A stretch of 64,000 nt of DNA, taken from assembly GCA_965223665.1 (NCBI GenBank), contig OZ245011.1, forward strand, positions 3,072,001-3,136,000, given 5' to 3'. Numbering within the stretch: the first letter of the stretch is position 1; each line of letters opens with the position of its first letter. Origin of the DNA: Nitrospinaceae bacterium (GTDB taxonomy: Bacteria; Nitrospinota; Nitrospinia; Nitrospinales; Nitrospinaceae). Position numbers and translations under genes: made by a program. Under the pieces are notes generated by a model. The model was not told the DNA's origin, ran no database searches, and worked only from the letters and a program-made list of their open reading frames with translations. This document shows positions 1 to 8,828 of the stretch, piece by piece.

Positions 1-503
1 TTTACCCATCCTTGGACTAAGTTGATTCCATCTGCATTTAAAATGACTGCATTTGTCCCAATAGTTCCGGGAGAAATTGTGCCTAAAATAATACTCCCAA
101 GGTTGGACGCAATATCACTATAAATCACTCCACTCTCAGTCCAAGCTGTGTCCACGGAATAGATTTCATAGGGACCAGAGCTGGTATCAAACAGGTCCAG
201 GGTGATAGTTGCAGATTGCACTGTTGCACCGGAAGGTATTGCTGAAATATCCCATTGGATCACAGAGACGACTTCACCAAATAGCCCATTGCTCGGATCT
301 TGGTCTACCCCATCAGCGCTCAAAAAAGTTTCGCTACCAAAGTTATTGGCGGGGGAGGTTTGTCGAAGAAAAGAATCCTGAGTTCCTGAGTAACTGCCAT
401 TTGGTAAAGCTCCATCCTGAAATTCCAAAGTGGTTTGAGCGAAACTTAATGAGTTTAAAAAAATAGAAAACAAAAAAAAGGATGCAGAAAGAATTTTCTT
501 CAC
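1..503 (-). CDS. Secreted protein with DNRLRE/CBM96-like domain (5' part only; runs off window start)
   Basis: Not in ORF track. Manual translation from GTG at 503 is open to the window edge: MKKILSASFFLFSIFLNSLSFA (signal peptide) QTTLEFQDGALPNGSYSGTQDSFLRQTSPANNFG...IQWDISAIPSGATVQSATITL...AWTESGV...NLVQGWV. Confidence 0.7.
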   Translation of the reverse strand, partial: MKKILSASFFLFSIFLNSLSFAQTTLEFQDGALPNGSYSGTQDSFLRQTSPANNFGSETFLSADGVDQDPSNGLFGEVVSVIQWDISAIPSGATVQSATITLDLFDTSSGPYEIYSVDTAWTESGVIYSDIASNLGSIILGTISPGTIGTNAVILNADGINLVQGWV

Positions 504-588
504 GAAACCCCCTTTTGGGTGAAATATTTTGCGTGGAGAATAGAATATTTAACCAACATTTGGAATAATAAATACCCCATATGGGCTA

Positions 589-616
589 AAAATAGCAAAA
601 TAGACTTTTATGTCAA
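589..616 (-). promoter_or_regulatory. Putative sigma-70 promoter for the DNRLRE-domain gene
   Basis: TTGACA-16nt-TATTTT with extended TG on the minus strand. Confidence 0.45.
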
Positions 617-889
617 GTAATTTTGTGTAAAAAATATTTCCTAAAAGTTGATGGAAAAGGGTTTATTATCCAAACTTTTTCCAAATAAAATTTTAAAGTT
701 TTTATTTATATGGAGTTAGGGATATGAAAGCCCTTTATACGAAACTATCTAATGAAAATTTTTTTTAAAAAAATTAGAATAATTTTCTAGGTCTCAATCA
801 TTCGAGAACAAGATGTAAAACGAGAAATTTCTTCAAATAGGTAAGCGTAGCTTGTTCAGGAAAAAACTTAGAATAGAAAGGGAGGATTG

Positions 890-2347
890 TTAGCGGAAAA
901 AATTTTCGCGATCAAAGGGTTGTTGTAAATCCATTTTTTGCAGGTATGCTTGAATTTCTTTTTTATAGGAAACAAAAGGATCGAGCATCAAAAATGGTTC
1001 TTCTTTATTGAGTCTGAAACCAATCCAATCAATTAAGTAACCTGTTTGACTTTGGAGTAAAGTTCTCACTAGTTCTCCACGTCCGTCGGCACGGGTTCCC
1101 TTGGGAGGAGTCGATTTGGAATAGTTAATTGCTGCATCTGTAGTAAGACGAAATGAATCTCCATTTTCTTCTAATCCCCAGTAGAGGCCTTGTGATTTAT
1201 TCAGGTTATGAAATTCTAGATCTAAACTTCTAATCCATGGATCCTTCCAGGATAAGTTTTCGTCTTTCATAAATTCCGAAAGCATCCAGTATTTACTAGC
1301 CCAATCCACTCGTCCTAACAATGCTTCGGGTCCTTTCGGAAGGTCGGTAAGGACAGATTCCCAAGCCTCTAATACCCAATTAATGTCACGGGATTTTCCT
1401 GTTAGATGTTCTTTCGCAGTATTTAATATATCCCATTGCAAGTCAAGAGCTGTTCCTGTATTCCCATCTCGAAATTCAACATTCCATTTAAAACTTTGAT
1501 CTCTGGAAATATCTCTCATAGTGGATACTGAATCGAGTAATATCCAATCGGGATTGGCAACACCCAATTCAATCAATTCCATCATCACTGCAGTGGATCC
1601 CATTTTTAATGCGTTTGCAAATTCACTCATATTGGAATCCCCTACCAGCAAATGTATGCGACGATATTTGCTTGGGTCTGATAACGGTTCATCCCGTGTA
1701 TTTACAATAGCCCGATTGTACTGAACCCATCGATAAAATTCATTTGGAATATGATCCGCGCGTTGAGAGATTTGGAAATTGACTTCTTCAGCATCCTTTC
1801 GAGCCTGATGGATATCGTCCCAATCTCTAAAAGGTTGAGGATTACAAGCTCCGGTTCTTCCGGCTCCTGCATATATTTGCCGAGTGACCAAAAACGCTGC
1901 AAGTAATCTTAAGTTTTCCCGGTTATCGAATTGAAATGCTCGGCTAACTAAATAATTTTCATGGCAGCCAAATGTGGCATTAGTTTCCAGGTCGACATTA
2001 TTTTTGATAAAAGCTACTTGATCCGCCCAACCTAATTCTTCTAATGCACATTGAATGATTTCATCACCTGCACGGTCTAAGGTCACTAAGTCCACCAGGT
2101 TAGAACATTCGGGGGAGGCGTATTCTAAATGTCCCATATCAAGATAAATCCGACCCCCATTTGCAAGAAACCCTCCATTACCAGGTGGTTCATCATTTGC
2201 ACGATAATGAAGATCAAGAACTCCTTGTTTTTGATCAAATATGTGGTTCTTTACCCGGACGGCTACATCTATTGCGCCATATTTAAAATCGTCTTCTTTA
2301 ATAAGAAGACCGTATTCCGTTTCAATTCCGTATATTCGTTTATCCAT
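890..2347 (-). CDS. pafA: Pup/UBact-protein ligase (PafA family)
   Basis: GIETEYG, NGGRIYLDMGHLEYASPEC, KNNVD, TFGCHENYL, SQRAD, NTRDEP, RRIHLLVGDSNMS motifs; last gene of the proteasome operon. Confidence 0.93.
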   Translation of the reverse strand: MDKRIYGIETEYGLLIKEDDFKYGAIDVAVRVKNHIFDQKQGVLDLHYRANDEPPGNGGFLANGGRIYLDMGHLEYASPECSNLVDLVTLDRAGDEIIQCALEELGWADQVAFIKNNVDLETNATFGCHENYLVSRAFQFDNRENLRLLAAFLVTRQIYAGAGRTGACNPQPFRDWDDIHQARKDAEEVNFQISQRADHIPNEFYRWVQYNRAIVNTRDEPLSDPSKYRRIHLLVGDSNMSEFANALKMGSTAVMMELIELGVANPDWILLDSVSTMRDISRDQSFKWNVEFRDGNTGTALDLQWDILNTAKEHLTGKSRDINWVLEAWESVLTDLPKGPEALLGRVDWASKYWMLSEFMKDENLSWKDPWIRSLDLEFHNLNKSQGLYWGLEENGDSFRLTTDAAINYSKSTPPKGTRADGRGELVRTLLQSQTGYLIDWIGFRLNKEEPFLMLDPFVSYKKEIQAYLQKMDLQQPFDRENFFR

Positions 2348-2356
2348 TTTAAAAAA

Positions 2357-3109
2357 CTAAAAAGCGGTTTTTAATTCATCGATTTCATTAGATGTAAGGG
2401 CTCGGTACAATGTTTTTCGTTGTGAACTGTAATTTAGGATTGCACCTTCAAATTCCCATTGTTTAAAAGCTTCTTTCAGAGTCGAGGGCAATTGGTCTTT
2501 ATCATCCTCTTCGTCTTCACTACTTTTGTTTTGTTGTTTTCCCTTTTCCCACAAAACGCATCCTTCTTGCAAGGCTTTTTTAAGAGAAAAAGAAGTAAAG
2601 TCCATTTCATTTATTTTCTCTTGAATAACTTTTGTCTCCGTTTCAATTCCGGAAATCACAGAACCTTTATGAAATGTCTCCCAGTGCCCATCATAATTGA
2701 GCCGAATAAATTGCGGTTTATTTTGAAAGTCAATTTCTACCAGTAGTAATTTCACCAAATAGGGAGCCCGCATCACTTCTTCAAAGTTTTGTTTCAAAGC
2801 TGGGGCAATTCCAAACTGTAAAAGACGAGTTAAAGTAACGTCTTTTTCTGATCTATTAAAACCTTCCAAGTGGGCTAAGTCCAATAAATTCATTCTTAAT
2901 CGTTCCACATCTGCAGGATGACCCATGCCACCTAAGGCAATACGATCATAAATTTCAAAGACTTTTCCTGGTTGGGGTGTGAATCCGAATATGACGGCGC
3001 CTTCATTAAAGGGAACAGCAATAACAGGCTGTCCTTTTGCTAGTTTTTCTTGAACATAACTATGACGGGTGGAAATTGCTTCCATCCAGCGGAATGGTTC
3101 TTCAAACAT
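2357..3109 (-). CDS. prcA: 20S proteasome alpha subunit
   Basis: KVFEIYDRIALGGMGHPADVERLR, PYLVKLLLVE, RLNYDG motifs of bacterial PrcA; directly follows prcB. Confidence 0.9.
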   Translation of the reverse strand: MFEEPFRWMEAISTRHSYVQEKLAKGQPVIAVPFNEGAVIFGFTPQPGKVFEIYDRIALGGMGHPADVERLRMNLLDLAHLEGFNRSEKDVTLTRLLQFGIAPALKQNFEEVMRAPYLVKLLLVEIDFQNKPQFIRLNYDGHWETFHKGSVISGIETETKVIQEKINEMDFTSFSLKKALQEGCVLWEKGKQQNKSSEDEEDDKDQLPSTLKEAFKQWEFEGAILNYSSQRKTLYRALTSNEIDELKTAF

Positions 3110-3110
3110 A

Positions 3111-3911
3111 TCAATTCCTTTGTACGGACTCGCGGTATAGATCTTCTAATTCAGTTTCAGTAAGAAATCGATATCCTTGGTCGGTAATACTGGCAATGAT
3201 GGGAAATATTTTTTCCTCAGGGCGAGCTTTTCCGGTTGCGGTATCGAATTGGGCTGCTGTTTGTAATAATCGAATAGCTAACTTGCAAGCATCAGGAAAT
3301 TCTCTTTCACTTAATTCCTTTTTCCCCCACAAGTTCTCGTGTTCCATGATTCCACGAATGATGGGGGAACCCGATCCGGTTGCAGTGTGAGTTTTTATTT
3401 CGAACTGTGCTCCTAAAATATCATAAAAGTAAATAAAAGGTTTTTGGGTTGCAATGTCAAATGCGGCAAAGATAGGACTCACCGTACCCACTCCTTGGAT
3501 AGCCAATCCCATGTTCTCCTTCAATAGTTTTGAAAGAGCGCGAATTTTTCCTTCAGTGCTCAAAGGTTGGAGCTGAGATCTGCGATAATATTCAAAATTA
3601 TGGGAAAGGACACGAGCCATTTCAAACGCAGTTGCCGGAACCCCGGCAATAGCCATTAATGAATAATCATCTATGGGAATTACCTTATCGCAATATTCGT
3701 ACATAATTGCATTGCCGGCAGTGGCACGTCGGTCTCCTGCAATTAAAACACCACCTTTAAAGTGAAATGCTAAAACGGTAGTTCCATGGATTAATTCAGA
3801 CTTATTTAATCCATTGGAATGGTCTACAAGGTTTGGCCATTGGTAACCTGATTTTTGCAGCAGGTCGATAAAATCTCCTGGACCGTAGTTTTCAAATGAA
3901 GGTTGGTTCAT
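3111..3911 (-). CDS. prcB: 20S proteasome beta subunit with propeptide
   Basis: Propeptide followed by HG/TTVLA catalytic Thr site, AGDRRATAGN, ATGSGS, DTATG. Confidence 0.95.
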   Translation of the reverse strand: MNQPSFENYGPGDFIDLLQKSGYQWPNLVDHSNGLNKSELIHGTTVLAFHFKGGVLIAGDRRATAGNAIMYEYCDKVIPIDDYSLMAIAGVPATAFEMARVLSHNFEYYRRSQLQPLSTEGKIRALSKLLKENMGLAIQGVGTVSPIFAAFDIATQKPFIYFYDILGAQFEIKTHTATGSGSPIIRGIMEHENLWGKKELSEREFPDACKLAIRLLQTAAQFDTATGKARPEEKIFPIIASITDQGYRFLTETELEDLYRESVQRN

Positions 3912-4084
3912 TGCCCGGTTCGTTGTTTATATTTTTCAGATTGTTTGGGATCCACGCGCTTCATTCGTTTTAAAATATTATCTTTTCCAGGGCGGGATAC
4001 ATCCGGCCGACTGGGTCCACTATCTTTTCGGTCAGGGGTCGAATCTTTTTTTTCCTCCCGCCGCATCGGATCATTCATTTCCAT
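3908..4084 (-). CDS. ubact: UBact (Pup-analogous bacterial ubiquitin-like modifier), 58 aa
   Basis: Not in ORF track. Manual translation: MEMNDPMRREEKKDSTPDRKDSGPSRPDVSRPGKDNILKRMKRVDPKQSEKYKQRTGQ*. AAGGAG SD upstream, start inside dop 3' end, stop overlaps prcB start (ATGA); occupies the pup position. Confidence 0.93.
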   Translation of the reverse strand: MEMNDPMRREEKKDSTPDRKDSGPSRPDVSRPGKDNILKRMKRVDPKQSEKYKQRTGQ

Positions 4085-5568
4085 GCGTATTGCTCCTTAT
4101 AAGAATCAAGGGTTTGATCAACATCTTTTTTTTCGATTACATCTGTTAAATCTAAATATTCACCGTTTAAAAATTCAATTTTGGTCCAATGGATTGATTG
4201 TACATTTTCTTTATCATTTTTTACAAAGTTTCCCCGAATTTTAGCTCGTGTGTTATTCGGAGGCTCTTGAATTGCTTTTTGAACTTCAGACTCTGGGATT
4301 AAGGATAGAATTTCATTTTGCTGCATCAAGCCGTAAAACAGGCCTCGTTCTGGATCTAAATTATGGTATTCCAAATCCAGACTTTGCATAATAGGATCTT
4401 CCCAGTTAACTCCCTCCGATTCCATAAAATCATTAAATATATTTCGCTTTATGGCCCAATCAATCCTGTTTGATAAGCGATCAGGATCTTCCTTTAAATC
4501 ATTTAAAGTCCTTGCCCATTCATCAGTGACCCATTTCCATTCTTCTGCATTTTCAAATAAACTTTTATGTTTAATAGCTTGTTCTAAATATGACTCCTGA
4601 ATTTCCAACGGTGTGATTGTGCCTCCTGTGATTTTCTTTAATGGAATGCTTCCTGAAATATCCCTTGAAACTTGTTTTACATCCCAAACCGGATCTTCCA
4701 ATTCTACAGGGGGAGGCAGTACCTCAGCTCCAATCATAGCTAATACTAAACGAGTTGTTCCTATTTTTAATGCGGTCGCGTAAGGGGACATATTGGCATC
4801 CCCCAGGATTAAATGCAAGCGTCTATATTTTTCCTGATTTGAATGTGGTTCGTCTCTTGTATTGATGATTGGCCGTTTAGTCATGGTTTCAATACTGAGA
4901 ATGGTTTCAACAAAATCTGCTCTTTGAGACAATTGAAATCCCTGGGATAAAGATTCTCCTGGAATTTCAGATCCTACTTTACCTGCTCCGGCAAATAATT
5001 GACGAGTGACTAAGAATGGAACTAAAAATTGAACCCAGTAATCAAATGGCTGTCTACGTGAAATTAAATAATTATCATGAGTCCCATAACTATGACCACT
5101 ATAGTCAGTATTATTCTTAAATACTTGTAGGTAATTACCCCCCAAATCTCTATTTCGTAATCGCACACATTCTGCAATAATCCGCTCACCTGCAAGGTCG
5201 TGTGTCACTAACTCAAAAACAGATTGGCATTCAGGGGTACTGTATTCGGGGTGGGTATGATCATTGTAAAATCGAGCTCCATTTGTTAATACTCTGTCAC
5301 ATTTCATTTCTCGATATGTATAAGGACGAATTTTATCCTGCTCACAAAACTCTTCCTCTTCCTCGTCTTGTGCCAATCGAGAAACTTGAAAACCGCGCAT
5401 ATCTGTATGGGTTCGCTCTTTATCATATGCCCAAGAATCTTGAACACTTTTTAATTCACAGCGACGTAAAAGTTCCATAGATTCTTCAACGGGATCCGAA
5501 GAATCTTGATCTTCCCTGATAATTCCAAACTCAGTTTCTATTCCCATTAAGGGAACAATTTTACTCAT
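4075..5568 (-). CDS. dop: Deamidase/depupylase Dop
   Basis: MGIETEFGI, LTNGARFYNDHTHPEYSTPEC, KNNTD..GHSYGTHDNYL, INTRDEPH, RRLHLILGDANMS. Confidence 0.92.
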   Translation of the reverse strand: MSKIVPLMGIETEFGIIREDQDSSDPVEESMELLRRCELKSVQDSWAYDKERTHTDMRGFQVSRLAQDEEEEEFCEQDKIRPYTYREMKCDRVLTNGARFYNDHTHPEYSTPECQSVFELVTHDLAGERIIAECVRLRNRDLGGNYLQVFKNNTDYSGHSYGTHDNYLISRRQPFDYWVQFLVPFLVTRQLFAGAGKVGSEIPGESLSQGFQLSQRADFVETILSIETMTKRPIINTRDEPHSNQEKYRRLHLILGDANMSPYATALKIGTTRLVLAMIGAEVLPPPVELEDPVWDVKQVSRDISGSIPLKKITGGTITPLEIQESYLEQAIKHKSLFENAEEWKWVTDEWARTLNDLKEDPDRLSNRIDWAIKRNIFNDFMESEGVNWEDPIMQSLDLEYHNLDPERGLFYGLMQQNEILSLIPESEVQKAIQEPPNNTRAKIRGNFVKNDKENVQSIHWTKIEFLNGEYLDLTDVIEKKDVDQTLDSYKEQYAWK

Positions 5569-7184
5569 ATAATCGACCGATTGATGGTATGAGAAGCAGC
5601 TTGATCTGAATCATTTGGACGACGTAATCTAGCAACATTTTTAGGATCAAAGTCCAATAATTGGAGCCAATCTTCCATATTTGAATCTGTAGGAAGGACA
5701 CTATTTTCCTTAAACTCTACTTTCAGAGCATTCATTAAATCATCTACCTTTAAAATTAGAGGTTCGCCTTTGATTGCCCTTTCAATGGCGATTTCTTTGG
5801 CTCGCAATACAATGCCCTCTAAAATAGCTCCGGATATAAAATCTTTCCAAAATAGTTTTTTAAGCTCTCCGCTGCGCATAGTCAAAATGACTGCTTCCTG
5901 TTCAGGATTTCGAGAAAATAATTGGTCGAGGAAGGGTTGAATAAATTCTTGTATATCTTCTTTTTCAAAGGGAAGACTTTCTTTAAGGTAAACTTTAAGA
6001 ATCGATTCACAATCTTCTCTATTAGGGCGGCTTACTTTAATTTTGCGGTCGATTCTGCCCGGTCGCAGAATTGCAGGATCAATTAGGTCAGGCCTGTTGG
6101 TTGCTAATATCACAACAGTATCTTGTATGGACTCAATTCCATCCATTTCAGCACAAAACATTGGAACTAGCGTATTTGAAATATTATTTCCGCGCCAGGC
6201 CTGCCGGGTACCTAAGACGGACTCCGCCTCATCAATAAAAATAAAGGGCATGTGGCCTTTTTCTTTATAATCTTTAGCTCGTTTAAAAATTTCTCTAACT
6301 TTACGTTCGGATTCTCCCAACCACATATTGAGAATTTCCGGACCCTTGACATGAATAAATTGCCCTTGTAAATCGCTATGTTTCCCCCCTTTTTCTTTAA
6401 GTTTGGCAATAATATCTGAAAGTATGGCTTTCCCTATCAAAGTTTTGCCACAACCTGGGGGTCCATAAAATAAGAATCCCTTGGGCATCCGGTATTCCAT
6501 TTTGTCGAGAATTTCTTGGTGAAGGATAGGATATTCAATAACCTTGCGGACTTCTTCAATGACATTGTCCTGACCTCCAACGCGGTCCCAAGTGATAGGA
6601 TTGAACTCATCCTCAACAGCAGACTTAGACTGTCTTTTGGGTAATCGCTTAAGAATGACTTTTTGGGTAGGATCAAGGATAACCTCATCTCCCTCCCGCA
6701 TGGGATCTTCTTTAAGCTCATCACATACCTGAACCATTGACTCAGAATTACTACCTGCAGAAACTAACCATTGACCATCGGCTAGTCGACAAACTATTTT
6801 TGCAAGGGGGCCTTGATCAGGACGCGGCAGTTTAGCAATGGCAACAAACCCTTCATTTACTGCAACTTGATCTCCTACCTTTAAAGGCTCATTTTCTATA
6901 ATTTCAGGAGAAACTGCTGCTTGATACTCGGTTCCTGCTACATTCAACCGAATTAAATCATCTTCTCCAGGGCCTAAAACCGTTCCGATCCGATGAGCGG
7001 GTAATTTTAGCTTACGGATCGTTTCTTCAAGGGTTTTCATTTTTAGGGCATACTGCTGTGCGGCCTGTTGGGATTGAAGCAGGGCATCCCTTATATCAAA
7101 AATTTTTTCTTGGAGTTCAGGTTTGTCAGACGTTTCATCTAATATCTGATCTATTAATTCTATAATATGGGTCGGATCTCCCAT
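5565..7184 (-). CDS. arc: Proteasome-associated AAA ATPase (ARC/Mpa)
   Basis: N-terminal coiled coil, two OB-like segments, Walker A GPPGCGKT, KGPEILNMWLGESER, Walker B IFIDEAE, ATNRPDLIDPAILRPGRIDRKI; ATGA overlap with dop. Confidence 0.93.
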   Translation of the reverse strand: MGDPTHIIELIDQILDETSDKPELQEKIFDIRDALLQSQQAAQQYALKMKTLEETIRKLKLPAHRIGTVLGPGEDDLIRLNVAGTEYQAAVSPEIIENEPLKVGDQVAVNEGFVAIAKLPRPDQGPLAKIVCRLADGQWLVSAGSNSESMVQVCDELKEDPMREGDEVILDPTQKVILKRLPKRQSKSAVEDEFNPITWDRVGGQDNVIEEVRKVIEYPILHQEILDKMEYRMPKGFLFYGPPGCGKTLIGKAILSDIIAKLKEKGGKHSDLQGQFIHVKGPEILNMWLGESERKVREIFKRAKDYKEKGHMPFIFIDEAESVLGTRQAWRGNNISNTLVPMFCAEMDGIESIQDTVVILATNRPDLIDPAILRPGRIDRKIKVSRPNREDCESILKVYLKESLPFEKEDIQEFIQPFLDQLFSRNPEQEAVILTMRSGELKKLFWKDFISGAILEGIVLRAKEIAIERAIKGEPLILKVDDLMNALKVEFKENSVLPTDSNMEDWLQLLDFDPKNVARLRRPNDSDQAASHTINRSII

Positions 7185-7214
7185 AATGAATCCTTTTTTA
7201 GTGGATAATTATCA

Positions 7215-7244
7215 ATTGTATGATTAATTTTTCGAATAAATCAA
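7215..7244 (-). promoter_or_regulatory. Putative sigma-70 promoter of the arc operon
   Basis: TTGATT-18nt-TACAAT about 30 nt upstream of arc ATG. Confidence 0.35.
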
Positions 7245-7480
7245 GTGGTTTCCCCATCGATTTATTGGCCGTAAACTCCCAAATTTTGGGATATTTCAAA
7301 ATTTATTAGGTTTAACCTTTTGTTCATAAGGGTTTGTAATGTTAGGATATATTATTCTACTCCGTCAAATATTTGGTGGCGGTTTGGTTAATTTTTCCGG
7401 ACAATTCTGTTCGTTTTTGCTACCAAATTAGGATACCAAAGTTTTGGCTAATCTGTGAATAATACCTAGAGAAAATATAA

Positions 7481-8773
7481 ATGAAGGTCAATAATAAATC
7501 GCTGATTGATAAGTGTATCATTAGCTTCAGTCATGACCAATATGAGTCACGGGTAGCCGCAGATCGATTTTCCATTGAAAAGGCCCAAAAAGAAATAGCG
7601 CAAAATAAAAAAGGAATCAGTCATTTAATTTTACGAGCGCGGGATGACAAAATTGATCGACTAAAATTCCTGTTTCTTATTCATGGTATTCCCCTCATGT
7701 GTTACTCCTTGGGAAATCTTATTTTATCTAGTCTTAAAGAAATTGTTGTTGTTGGTTCGCAAGAAGTAAAAACCATATTGGATTTATTCCTTCAATGTAT
7801 AGATACAAAAGGAAAAAAAATTCATTTTGTTCATGAAGACCCGGATAATTTAATGCTGATTAACACCATGATATTAGGAAGAAATGTATTATCACTTTCT
7901 CCTAATGAATTGGTCCTTTTCCAACCCGGCGACCTTCCTTTTATGTTCAATTTGGAAAAAGTAATTCAAGACAAAGATATTAAGAATCACAATCTCATTC
8001 TTTGGTTGAATTCAAGGGAAGAAATGTTTCCAAGATACCATGAAGATCCGAATAGAGAGTTTGTTCAAAGGAATTATCATTATCGAATTATTGATGAAAA
8101 GACGAATCGATTGCACGATTTAAAAGAACCGAACGTTTATCCTATTAATTTAGGTGCTATTGAAGAAGATATCATTGAGTTGTTACATCAAACTCGAAAA
8201 GATGGGAAAATTATATATGCCGGATTGAACAAAGCTTTGAAACAACCGGCTCGAATGTTACGGTTGTTACCTATTTTGGCAAATCATTTTAGACATTTTG
8301 AATCAGATTTAAAAAAATTCAGGATGAATGATGATTATAAATTTGGAATGCACAGAAAAAACTTTAATCAAGGAGCATCGATTTTGCTGGATACCAAATG
8401 TGTTGCCAAATTAAATGATGATCCTGCCTATGTTTCGGATGTAGATGCCTTGGAAGATTGGGAAGACTTTGAGTCATTGATTTCCTTTGCAAAAGACTTA
8501 CATGGGGAGGAGGGATTATGTTGGGTTCACCCATTTGGGAAAGAATTATTAAAGTTTAAAAAGGAAGCCATGCCCCAGCTTAAAAAACATATTCCAATGT
8601 ATAAAAACTTTTCTGAATATTTAGGGAATATTTATCGTTCTTTAGAAATGAAATACATTCCTTTTAATAGTAAAGAGCAATTCGATGTTCCTCACAAAAA
8701 TCAACATTCCATCGAAATGGCTTACCAATGGTACTCAGACCATACACGAAATTTTATGAGGAAATCGGCTTAA
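7481..8773 (+). CDS. Divergent nucleotidyltransferase-fold (MobA/NTP_transf_3-like) protein
   Basis: KFLFLIHGIPLMCYSL...KEIVVVG, LFQPGDLPF, DVDALED motifs; canonical LAAG motif not seen. Confidence 0.6.
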   Translation: MKVNNKSLIDKCIISFSHDQYESRVAADRFSIEKAQKEIAQNKKGISHLILRARDDKIDRLKFLFLIHGIPLMCYSLGNLILSSLKEIVVVGSQEVKTILDLFLQCIDTKGKKIHFVHEDPDNLMLINTMILGRNVLSLSPNELVLFQPGDLPFMFNLEKVIQDKDIKNHNLILWLNSREEMFPRYHEDPNREFVQRNYHYRIIDEKTNRLHDLKEPNVYPINLGAIEEDIIELLHQTRKDGKIIYAGLNKALKQPARMLRLLPILANHFRHFESDLKKFRMNDDYKFGMHRKNFNQGASILLDTKCVAKLNDDPAYVSDVDALEDWEDFESLISFAKDLHGEEGLCWVHPFGKELLKFKKEAMPQLKKHIPMYKNFSEYLGNIYRSLEMKYIPFNSKEQFDVPHKNQHSIEMAYQWYSDHTRNFMRKSA

Positions 8774-8828
8774 AGAAACCTGTTTGTATTAGTGAGTTGA
8801 TGGTCAAGAACTTGATGGCGAGATATTA

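Noticed and set aside
209-466. 85-aa plus-strand ORF
   Set aside because: Antisense shadow of the real minus-strand secreted-protein gene (1-503).
3903-4244. 113-aa plus-strand ORF over the dop/prcB junction
   Set aside because: Antisense to UBact and dop, with no recognisable features.
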